A DNA stretch of 64,000 nt, taken from Gemmatimonadales bacterium. Lineage in GTDB: Bacteria > Gemmatimonadota > Gemmatimonadetes > Gemmatimonadales > GWC2-71-9. Both the position numbers and the translations under genes were made by a program. The stretch's first letter is position 1, and each line of letters opens with the position of its first letter. The notes under the pieces were generated by a model that saw only the letters and a program-made list of their open reading frames with translations, did no database searches and had not been told where the DNA came from. The stretch spans positions 3,765 to 67,764 of the forward strand of contig DATDFC010000041.1 of assembly GCA_036522815.1 (NCBI GenBank). Reading direction: 5' to 3'. Shown piece after piece: positions 45,252 to 53,302 of this stretch.

Positions 45252-47168
45252 ATGACCGCCGCATGCTTGGTCCTCGCGCTCGTGGTTTCGGCGACCCAGG
45301 GTCCGAGAAACCTCCTGACGGGGGGACTGAGCGAGCAGGCGCTCGCCGCCGCGCTGCTCCCGGCCGCGCAGTGGCACCCCTATCCCACCATCCGGGACCG
45401 GGCCGATTGGGAGGCAGTTCCCCAGGAGATTCGGGCGAGCTTCATCCGGCAAGCGCAGCAACACCTCGGCACGACCTGGGAGCGCATCCCGGCCACGGTC
45501 ACGCTGCAGTACATCCGCGACGGGACCCGGGCGAACTACGACGCGATGAACACCCGCCAGCGTGAGAAGCTCGCGACGCTGGTCATGGCGGAGGTGTTCG
45601 AGAACCAAGGACGCTTCCTGGACGACATCGCGAACGGCATCTGGGCCATCTCCGAGCAGACCTTCTGGGGATCGACGGCGCACCTCGGCATGCAGCGGGC
45701 CGGGAGCGGACTGCCCGACGTCACCGAGCCGATCGTCGACCTGTTCGCCGCGGAAACGGGCGCGTTGCTCGCCTGGACCGACTACCTGCTGGGCGACCGG
45801 CTCGACACGGTGTCGCCGCTGCTGCGCAAGCGGGTCCGTGCGGAGGTCGATCGTCGTGTGCTCACGCCGGCGCTCGCGCGCGACGACTTCTGGTGGATGG
45901 GGTTCGGAGAACGCAAGAACTTGAACAACTGGAACCCGTGGATCAACTCCAACTGGCTCGCCGCTGTGCTGGTGCTCGAGGCCGACCCGCAGCGCCGCGC
46001 CGCCTCCGTGTACAAGATCATGCGCAGCCTCGACAACTTCATCAACGGCTATCCGGACGATGGCGCCTCGGACGAAGGCCCGGGCTACTGGGATCGGGCC
46101 GCGGCGTCGCTGTTCGACAACCTGGAGCTGCTGCGCGGCGCGACCAACGCCAAGGTCGACATCTACAGTTCACCGCTCGTGCGGAACATGGGCCAGTACA
46201 TCTACCGGGTCTACATCAAGGACGCGTACTTCGTCCCGATGGGTGACGCCCCGGCCAAGCTCACGCCCGATGCCGAGCTGGTGTATCGGTACGGGAAGCG
46301 CATCGGCGATCCCGTGATGCAGGGATTCGGGGCGTGGCTGGCGCAGCGCCGCGGCCCGTACCGACCAGGCTCGTCGTCACCAGGGCGCATACTACCAGCG
46401 CTGCTCGTCGCACGGGAGATCGCCGCGGCACCGGTCGCCGAGCCCCTACCCGGCTCCGTCTGGCTGCCGGATCTCCAGCTCATGGCGGCGCGGTCCATCC
46501 CCAACGCGCCGCAGGGCCTGTACGTGGCCGCGTGGGGCGGGCACAACGGACAGAGCCATAACCACAACGATGTCGGCAACTTCATCGTCTATGGAGACGG
46601 CCAACCCGTCCTGATCGACGTGGGCGTGGAGACCTATACCGCCAAGACTTTCAGCCCGCAGCGCTACGAGATCTGGACGATGCAATCGGCCTATCACAAC
46701 CTGCCGACCATCAACGGAATCATCCAGGCACCGGGACGGGAGTTCCAGGCGAAGAACGTGTCGTTCAACGAGACAGCGACTCGGGTCACGTTCTCGGCCG
46801 ACATCGCCGCCGCCTATCCGGCCGAGGCTGGGGTCGAGCGCTGGGAGCGTCGCGTGACGCTCGACCGCAGGGCTCCGGCGGTGGAGTTAGAGGACCGCTA
46901 CGAGTTGAAAACGTGGAAGGAGCCCGTGCGCCTGAATCTCATGACATCGCTGCACGTGGATACGTCGCGGCCGGGCGAGGCTCGCCTCGACGATCGCTAC
47001 CTGCTGACCTACGACGCACGAGCGCTCAAGGCCGCCTCGGAGGAGATCCGGGTCTCGGACGAGCGGCTGCGCTCCGTGTGGGGCGACCGGCTCGAGCGGA
47101 TTGTGTTGACCGCGCAGGGGACGGCGCTGCGGGGTGGTTACCGCGTGGTGCTGCGTCAGGCGAAGTAG
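45252..47168 (+). CDS. Heparinase II/III-like protein, secreted
   Basis: Signal peptide, 'NNWNPW', 'DG..DEG..YW', 'HNHNDVGNF', 'LIDVG..TY', 'S.YHN.P.ING'. Confidence 0.8.
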   Translation: MTAACLVLALVVSATQGPRNLLTGGLSEQALAAALLPAAQWHPYPTIRDRADWEAVPQEIRASFIRQAQQHLGTTWERIPATVTLQYIRDGTRANYDAMNTRQREKLATLVMAEVFENQGRFLDDIANGIWAISEQTFWGSTAHLGMQRAGSGLPDVTEPIVDLFAAETGALLAWTDYLLGDRLDTVSPLLRKRVRAEVDRRVLTPALARDDFWWMGFGERKNLNNWNPWINSNWLAAVLVLEADPQRRAASVYKIMRSLDNFINGYPDDGASDEGPGYWDRAAASLFDNLELLRGATNAKVDIYSSPLVRNMGQYIYRVYIKDAYFVPMGDAPAKLTPDAELVYRYGKRIGDPVMQGFGAWLAQRRGPYRPGSSSPGRILPALLVAREIAAAPVAEPLPGSVWLPDLQLMAARSIPNAPQGLYVAAWGGHNGQSHNHNDVGNFIVYGDGQPVLIDVGVETYTAKTFSPQRYEIWTMQSAYHNLPTINGIIQAPGREFQAKNVSFNETATRVTFSADIAAAYPAEAGVERWERRVTLDRRAPAVELEDRYELKTWKEPVRLNLMTSLHVDTSRPGEARLDDRYLLTYDARALKAASEEIRVSDERLRSVWGDRLERIVLTAQGTALRGGYRVVLRQAK

Positions 47169-47170
47169 TC

Positions 47171-49660
47171 CTACCGTGGGGCGTCGCCCCGCAGCATCCG
47201 CAGCGCCAACACCGTCGCGATCTGACTCCCCGGCTTCGCCTGGAACCGCACCGTTACCCTGCCCTTTTCCCCGATCAATTCTTCGGGAATTCGATACTCG
47301 ACATCGAAGAAGCGGTGCGGGTCGCTGAGGCGCAGCGCCTGGTCGGCCACGTGCCGCCCGTCCACCTGAATCTCGAATTCCGCGGGCAGGCCGCGCCGGT
47401 CGCCGCTGTAGTAAGTCGCGAGCAGGACCATCGGATGCGCGGACTCCACCGGCACGTCGTAGGAGAACCAGCTCCTCCCGCGCCGGCCCGGGCGACCGAG
47501 GATACGCTGCGTTTCGACGCCCTCGCCGGCCTGGTAGTTGAACCGACGCTCGAAGATGACTTCGCCGGGCTCGAGATACGCCACCGTGGCCGCTTCGAGC
47601 CGCCGCAACCGCTCGGCTTCCGCCGCGTACTCGGCTTTCTTGGCCTCCCACTCGTCCGGCGTGAACAGGTCCCAGTAGGTCGCGTAGGTGCGGCGGTGCA
47701 GCCGGTAGAACGGCACCAGCTCCACGTCGCGCACTTGATCAGCGGCGTCGGGCTCCCGGCCGACGCCGTCGCTCTTGAAGCCCCCCGGCGTTGCCGCGAC
47801 GGGCTTGATCCACTCGGCGACCGGCCGGTCGGCGGCGACGAGCACCGGCACCTTGGGCGGCGGCTCGATCGCTTCGCCCTCCGCGGGTTCTCGGGCCCGC
47901 TCCGGCCCCAGGTTGCCCGCCAGCACGAGGGGACCCCACATGAGGGAGGCACGGCGCGGATTGTCCGGTACGGGTTCGAGGCCGAGGGACTTCGGTAGGG
48001 TGACCTCCACCATGTCGCCGGTGCGCCAGGTGCGCTTCAGCTCGAGGTATGAGCTGACCGGATACGCATAGCCGTACTGGCGGCGGCCCCGCACCGTCTC
48101 CCGATCGTCATTCTCCTTTTCGTCCTGCCGCAGCGGCTCACCGTTGAGCTTGACGGCGAACCCATCGCCCGCCCAGTAGGGGCGGCGCAAGGCCAGAGTG
48201 AACGCCCTCGGCGCCGTGAGATGGAACACCAGCTTCGCCGTCTCCCCTTCGGGGAATCCCGTGTCCATGGCCAGCCGCACTCCGGCCCCGGCCCACTCCG
48301 CCGTCGAGGGCGCGTAGAGATTCACCCACAGCCGGTGGCCGTCCTCGTAGTAGATGCCGTCGCCGTGGAGGGCGTGGCTCTCCATTCCCGTCCCCACGTC
48401 GCAGGTAAAGCCGTGGAGCATGTCCTGGTACTCGTGCTGCACACCCCGGCCGACCGGCACCATGTAGCACACCCGGCCGTCCTCCGGGTCGATCGACGCC
48501 ATGATGTGATTGAAGAGGGCGCGCTCGTGATAGTCGGCGTAGTGCGGGTCGGGATCGAGGGCGAACAGCAGGCGGGTGAGCTTCAGCATGTTGTAGACGT
48601 TGCACGTCTCACAGGTGCGGCCGTCGACCATGTCGCTCAGCTTGTCGGGCGGGCCGAAGTACTCGTCCTTGCCGTGGCCCCCGGTGGCGAAGCTGTGGTG
48701 CTGCGTCACCTGGTCCCAGAAAAAGGCCGCCGCGACCAGATCGGCGGGGTCGCCGGCGTACACGTACCGTTTGGCCGAGCCCAGGAGCTTGGGAATCTGG
48801 GTGTTGGCGTGCGTGCCGCCGAGGTCGTCCTGGTGACGCTGCAGCGGCTCGATGAACGCGCGGTGCTCGAACTTGTAGGAGAGCCGGAGCCAGCGCTCGT
48901 CACCGCTGTCGGCGGCGAGATCGGCCAGCACCTCGTTCATGCCGCCGAATTCGGTATTGAGCATGTGCTGGATCTGGGCGTCGTCGAGCCCGGACAGGAT
49001 TCGCTCGGCCCATGCGGCGAACTTGATCTCCACGGCGAGCGCGGTCCGGTCCCCCGTGTAGCGGTACGCGTCGCGCAGGCCCGCGTACAGCTTGTGCAGG
49101 GTGTACCAGGGGGACCATTCGCCGTTCAGATCGAAGGCGGCGGAGCGGATTTCGCCACGGGCGAGCGCCGCGAACGCCTTTCGGCCGCCCTCCAGGGCGC
49201 TGAGGTAGCCGTCTCCATGCTTGGCCTGCACCTGCGCGAGCTCCCGGACGATGTAGGCCGCGCGTTCTTTGAACCGGACGTCGCCCGTGGCCGCCCACAT
49301 CAGGCTGACGGCGGACAGGTGATGACCGGCGATGTGTCCGGTGAGATTGCGGCCGCCGCCGTCCCACCCGCCGTACGGCTCGGCTTTGGGCGCGAGACCG
49401 GCGCGCTGGCGGAAATACGCCAGCATGCGATCGGGCTCGAGCGCGAGCAGGTATTGCCGATCGAGGTCCTGCGCGTGTTTGAGCGGGCCGCCCGTCAAGC
49501 GCACGGCGGAGAGCGGCAGGGCGCGGGCCCGCAGGACGGCACGCCCGCGAGCCTTGGGCGCGGCGGCTGGGTCTCGGGACGGAAAGGGAAAGCCGCCCAG
49601 CAGCGGGAAGGCGCCGGCTCCGAGACCGAGCTTGAGGGCGTTGCGGCGGGAGAGCGTCAT
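47171..49660 (-). CDS. GH127/GH146-type beta-L-arabinofuranosidase family protein, Tat-exported
   Basis: 'SRRNALK', 'YGGW', 'GH..GH.LSA', 'WYTLHK', 'E.GGMNE', 'HANTQIPK', 'ETCN.YNMLKL'. Confidence 0.88.
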   Translation of the reverse strand: MTLSRRNALKLGLGAGAFPLLGGFPFPSRDPAAAPKARGRAVLRARALPLSAVRLTGGPLKHAQDLDRQYLLALEPDRMLAYFRQRAGLAPKAEPYGGWDGGGRNLTGHIAGHHLSAVSLMWAATGDVRFKERAAYIVRELAQVQAKHGDGYLSALEGGRKAFAALARGEIRSAAFDLNGEWSPWYTLHKLYAGLRDAYRYTGDRTALAVEIKFAAWAERILSGLDDAQIQHMLNTEFGGMNEVLADLAADSGDERWLRLSYKFEHRAFIEPLQRHQDDLGGTHANTQIPKLLGSAKRYVYAGDPADLVAAAFFWDQVTQHHSFATGGHGKDEYFGPPDKLSDMVDGRTCETCNVYNMLKLTRLLFALDPDPHYADYHERALFNHIMASIDPEDGRVCYMVPVGRGVQHEYQDMLHGFTCDVGTGMESHALHGDGIYYEDGHRLWVNLYAPSTAEWAGAGVRLAMDTGFPEGETAKLVFHLTAPRAFTLALRRPYWAGDGFAVKLNGEPLRQDEKENDDRETVRGRRQYGYAYPVSSYLELKRTWRTGDMVEVTLPKSLGLEPVPDNPRRASLMWGPLVLAGNLGPERAREPAEGEAIEPPPKVPVLVAADRPVAEWIKPVAATPGGFKSDGVGREPDAADQVRDVELVPFYRLHRRTYATYWDLFTPDEWEAKKAEYAAEAERLRRLEAATVAYLEPGEVIFERRFNYQAGEGVETQRILGRPGRRGRSWFSYDVPVESAHPMVLLATYYSGDRRGLPAEFEIQVDGRHVADQALRLSDPHRFFDVEYRIPEELIGEKGRVTVRFQAKPGSQIATVLALRMLRGDAPR

Positions 49661-49675
49661 ACCGAACGGTGCACG

Positions 49676-51439
49676 TCAGCCCCGGAAATACAGGTACGCC
49701 GCGAGAATCAAGAGCAGCACTAGCCCCGAAGCGATGACGTCTCGCCGGTTCCAGCTGCTGCGCGACTGGAGGCGATCTTCGGCGGCGACCGTCGCATAGG
49801 TCAGCCCCGCCAGCTGCTCTGGGGCCGGTGGCGCCGTCGCGTAACTCACAACGAACATCACGACGACCGAGATCACGAAGATGAACACGCTGTAGTACTG
49901 GAAGTAGAGATTGTTGACGATCCACAGGAACGAGCCGGGCGCATACCCGTCGGCGAACCCCGCCAGGTGCAGGCTCACCGGCGTGTCCACGGCCAGGCGG
50001 AAGACGCCGAGCACAAAGCCGACGATCAACGCGGCGAGGCACCCCTTGGAGTTGAGCCGCCGGTTGAAGATGCCGAACACGAACACCGTGAAAATGGGAG
50101 GGGCGAGGTAGCCCTGTACGCCCTGGAGATAGTCGTACAGCCCGCGCGCGCTCTGGATCACGGGAATCCACAGCAGGCTGATCACGACCATCGCGGCGGT
50201 GGCGGCGCGCCCCACCCATACCAGGCGATGCTGTGGCGCATTGGGCCGGAATTTCAGATACAGGTCCATCGTGAAGAGCGTGGACGAGGCGTTGAAAGCG
50301 CCGGCCATCGAGCTCATGAGCGCCGCCAACAAGCCGGCGACCACCACGCCGCGGATGCCCGCGGGCAGGAGGTCTTTCACCATCAGGGGGAACGCTGCCT
50401 GCGCCGCTTGCGGGATGGCGTGTCCCTGCGCGTCCACGATGGCGCCGAGCCCCGGGACCCGGCCTGTCTTGGCGAGCGCGAGGGCGATGAGGCCGGGGAT
50501 GATGAAGATGAAAACCGGGAACAGCTTCAGGTACGCCGCGAAGATGCTGCCCCTGCGCGCCGTGCGCTCGTTCTTCGCGCTGAGGGCGCGCTGCACGATG
50601 TATTGGTCCGTGCACCAGTACCACAGACCGATGATGGGCGCGCACAGCAGCATGCCCGGCCACGGGTAGTTCCCGTTGAAGTACCAGGCGATGCGACCGG
50701 TCTCTTTCACCGGCGCCCACGCGCCCTGCATCCCCGCCGGCACGATCGGTTTCCAGAGGTTGAACATGTCGGGGTCGATCACGCGTCGCAGCTCATGCCA
50801 GCCGCCCAGCTTGGCGAGCCCGAACATGGTGAGCAGGCCCGAGCCCACGAGCAGGATCAACGTTTGCAGCGCGTCGGTGTAGGCCACGGCCCGCATGCCG
50901 CCGAGCACGGTGTACAGCCCGGTGAGCAGCACCACGGCGACCGTGCCGATCCAGAAGCTGTTGAACGTGGCCCCCCCCACCCGCAGGGCCACATCGGGCA
51001 ACAGGGTGGCGAAGACGACCCCGCCCGCGAAGATCGCCACGGCGAACTTGGTGAGCACGTGCGCCGCGAGGGTGATCACCGACAGCACCCAGCGGGCCGT
51101 GGGGGAGAAGCGGCGGCCCAGGAACTCCGGCATCGTGTAGACGAGCGCACGAGAATAGAACGGGACGAACACCCATCCGAGCACGAGCAGGCACCAGGCG
51201 TGGAGCTCGTAATGGGCGAGGGCCACGCCGCTCGTCGCCCCCGCGCCGGCGAGCCCCACGACGTGCTCCGAGCCGATGTTGGACGCGAAGATGGTCGCGC
51301 CGACGAGAAACCAGCCGAGGTTTCGGCCCGCCAGGAAATAGTCGTCGGCGGTGTCGCGGTTGCGCCGGGCCACCCACCAGGCGAGGCCGAGCAGGAGCGC
51401 GAAGTACAGCAGGATGATCACCCAGTCCCAGCCGGTCAC
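49676..51439 (-). CDS. Sodium:solute (sugar) symporter, SSS family
   Basis: 'DYFLAGR', 'ASNIGSEH.VGLAG', 'WYWCTDQYIVQR.L', 'LMSS....FN..STLFT.D'. About 14 TM segments. Confidence 0.93.
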   Translation of the reverse strand: MTGWDWVIILLYFALLLGLAWWVARRNRDTADDYFLAGRNLGWFLVGATIFASNIGSEHVVGLAGAGATSGVALAHYELHAWCLLVLGWVFVPFYSRALVYTMPEFLGRRFSPTARWVLSVITLAAHVLTKFAVAIFAGGVVFATLLPDVALRVGGATFNSFWIGTVAVVLLTGLYTVLGGMRAVAYTDALQTLILLVGSGLLTMFGLAKLGGWHELRRVIDPDMFNLWKPIVPAGMQGAWAPVKETGRIAWYFNGNYPWPGMLLCAPIIGLWYWCTDQYIVQRALSAKNERTARRGSIFAAYLKLFPVFIFIIPGLIALALAKTGRVPGLGAIVDAQGHAIPQAAQAAFPLMVKDLLPAGIRGVVVAGLLAALMSSMAGAFNASSTLFTMDLYLKFRPNAPQHRLVWVGRAATAAMVVISLLWIPVIQSARGLYDYLQGVQGYLAPPIFTVFVFGIFNRRLNSKGCLAALIVGFVLGVFRLAVDTPVSLHLAGFADGYAPGSFLWIVNNLYFQYYSVFIFVISVVVMFVVSYATAPPAPEQLAGLTYATVAAEDRLQSRSSWNRRDVIASGLVLLLILAAYLYFRG

Positions 51440-51469
51440 AAGGGCTCGCTCGTAGGGTTCGGGACCGCC

Positions 51470-51497
51470 ACACTACACGTCACGCGGCCGGTGTCAA
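51470..51497 (-). promoter_or_regulatory. Sigma70-like promoter for the SSS gene
   Basis: Minus strand TTGACA-N16-TAGTGT, about 30 nt upstream of the GTG start. Confidence 0.5.
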
Positions 51498-51526
51498 GGA
51501 AGCGTTTCGTCGCCATCTTTCAGGCC

Positions 51527-53302
51527 ATGATCGATCCACTCTCCCGTCGCGACTGGCTGAAAGCCGTGGGCGCCGCCGGCGCCGGTGCGCTGGCGAGCAA
51601 TCCAGAGCGTGCGACCGGGGTGAGCAAGCCCACCCCCCAGGTTCTTCCGCTCACGTCCACCAGCGAGGTGTTCGTCCCGCCGCGGGGCCGCGCCTTCCAG
51701 AAGTTCAGCTTCGACTTTCCCGAGCCGTCGGTGGAGTTCGCCGGGCGGCGCTTCGGGTTCCTGGTGTTCTCGCGCGAGAACGCGTACGGGCTCGACGCAC
51801 GCCAGATGACGATCACGCAGACGACCGAGGGTCTCGAGGTCAGGGCTGCGGGACTCGTATGGGCAGGGGGCCAGGAAGGTGCGTCCGGCCGGGTCATCGT
51901 GAGGCTCCGCACCGAAGGCGACGCCGTCGTGTGGGACGTCACCGCGGAGATGGATCAGCCGATCAAGGCCGTGACCACCGTGCTGCGGGGCGTGCCGCGC
52001 GGCAAGCTGTCGAGCGGCGGCGCGGACCCGTTTGACCCCCACGACAACGAGGTGCTGTGGGGCTATCCCTTCGGCGGCGGCGACCTATTCGGCGGCAATA
52101 CCGCCGGAGGCATGGGGACGCCGCTCGCCGTCGTGCAAGCGAGCGAGCAGGAGTTTGTCGCGCTCTCCTCGCTGGACGACCGCGTGCGCACCAAGCGCTT
52201 CTACTTCCAGCCGGGCGAGCGGGGATACCGCGTCGAGCTGATCCACGAAGTCGAGGGCTGGCTCGACCAGGCCCGCGTGCAGGTCCCGGCGTGGCGGGTG
52301 GGTCGCGCCGCGACGCTCGAGGCGGCGGTCGCACCGCATTACGCGCACCTCGAGCGGGCCTACCGCTGGCCGCGCTGGGAAGCGCGCGGCGACGTGCCCG
52401 CGTGGCTGCGACGCACCGAGCTCGTCGTCACGCTGCACGGGATGCATTACACCGGCTACGTGTTCAACGACTATGCCAAGATGGTCACGATCCTCGAGTG
52501 GATCGCGACGCAGATTCCGGCGGACCGGGTGCTCGTGTTCATCTCGGCCTGGGACGGACGCTACTACTGGGACTATCCTACGTACCGGGCTGCCGAACGC
52601 CTGGGCGGCGAGGCGGGGTTCCGACGTTTGGTGCAGGAAGGCCACCGGCTCGGCTTCCGGATCATGCCGATGTTCGGGGCCAACGCCTCGAATCGCCGCC
52701 TGCCGAACTTCGCACAGTTCGCGGACGGGGCCACCGAGCGGGTCGACGGCGATCGCTTCGATCTCAATTGGGTGGACTGGGACAACGATCGCCACCAGGA
52801 GGGCTTCGGCGTGTACATGAACCTGGGCGTCGAGTCATGGCGCCGCTGGCTCACGGCGCGCATCGCCGACGTCATCGAGCGCTACGGCGTGGACGCCTAC
52901 TTCCTCGACATCGTGGGCGGCTGGGTCAACAACACCAAGGCCGACATGCACGAGGGCACGCGCCGGCTCGTGGCCGACCTGCGCGGTCGTTACCCGCAGG
53001 TGCTCGCCTGCGGTGAGTTCCTGTACGACGCGCTGGTCGAGTTCATCCCGTTGTACCACGTGTATACGCCGCGCGCCGTGCCGTTCGCCCGGTTCTTCTC
53101 GCACCTCTCGCATCCCGCGCCGGGACGGGGCTCGAGCGGCGTGCACGAATCGGGGTTCAGCCGCTGGGACCCGACCACCCTGTCCTTGTCCAAGCGCGAC
53201 GGCCTCATTCCAACGCTGATGGTGGTGGACGACACGTTCGCAAAGTATCGCGAGCAGATGGGCGCGGTGATCGCCCAGGCGAAGGCGTGGGCTGGGCTAT
53301 GA
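51527..53302 (+). CDS. Tat-exported uncharacterised protein with glycoside-hydrolase-like (beta/alpha)8 C-terminal domain
   Basis: 'SRRDWLK' twin-arginine. 'WDGRYYWDYP.Y....LGG..GF..LV...H.LG' and 'YGVDAYFLD' resemble TIM-barrel GH strands. Confidence 0.75.
   Translation: MIDPLSRRDWLKAVGAAGAGALASNPERATGVSKPTPQVLPLTSTSEVFVPPRGRAFQKFSFDFPEPSVEFAGRRFGFLVFSRENAYGLDARQMTITQTTEGLEVRAAGLVWAGGQEGASGRVIVRLRTEGDAVVWDVTAEMDQPIKAVTTVLRGVPRGKLSSGGADPFDPHDNEVLWGYPFGGGDLFGGNTAGGMGTPLAVVQASEQEFVALSSLDDRVRTKRFYFQPGERGYRVELIHEVEGWLDQARVQVPAWRVGRAATLEAAVAPHYAHLERAYRWPRWEARGDVPAWLRRTELVVTLHGMHYTGYVFNDYAKMVTILEWIATQIPADRVLVFISAWDGRYYWDYPTYRAAERLGGEAGFRRLVQEGHRLGFRIMPMFGANASNRRLPNFAQFADGATERVDGDRFDLNWVDWDNDRHQEGFGVYMNLGVESWRRWLTARIADVIERYGVDAYFLDIVGGWVNNTKADMHEGTRRLVADLRGRYPQVLACGEFLYDALVEFIPLYHVYTPRAVPFARFFSHLSHPAPGRGSSGVHESGFSRWDPTTLSLSKRDGLIPTLMVVDDTFAKYREQMGAVIAQAKAWAGL

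Noticed and set aside
49967..51526. Apparent 1111-aa ORF 49967..53302
   Set aside because: The first 520 codons are the antisense shadow of the SSS gene. The real protein most likely starts at ATG 51527 with a Tat signal.
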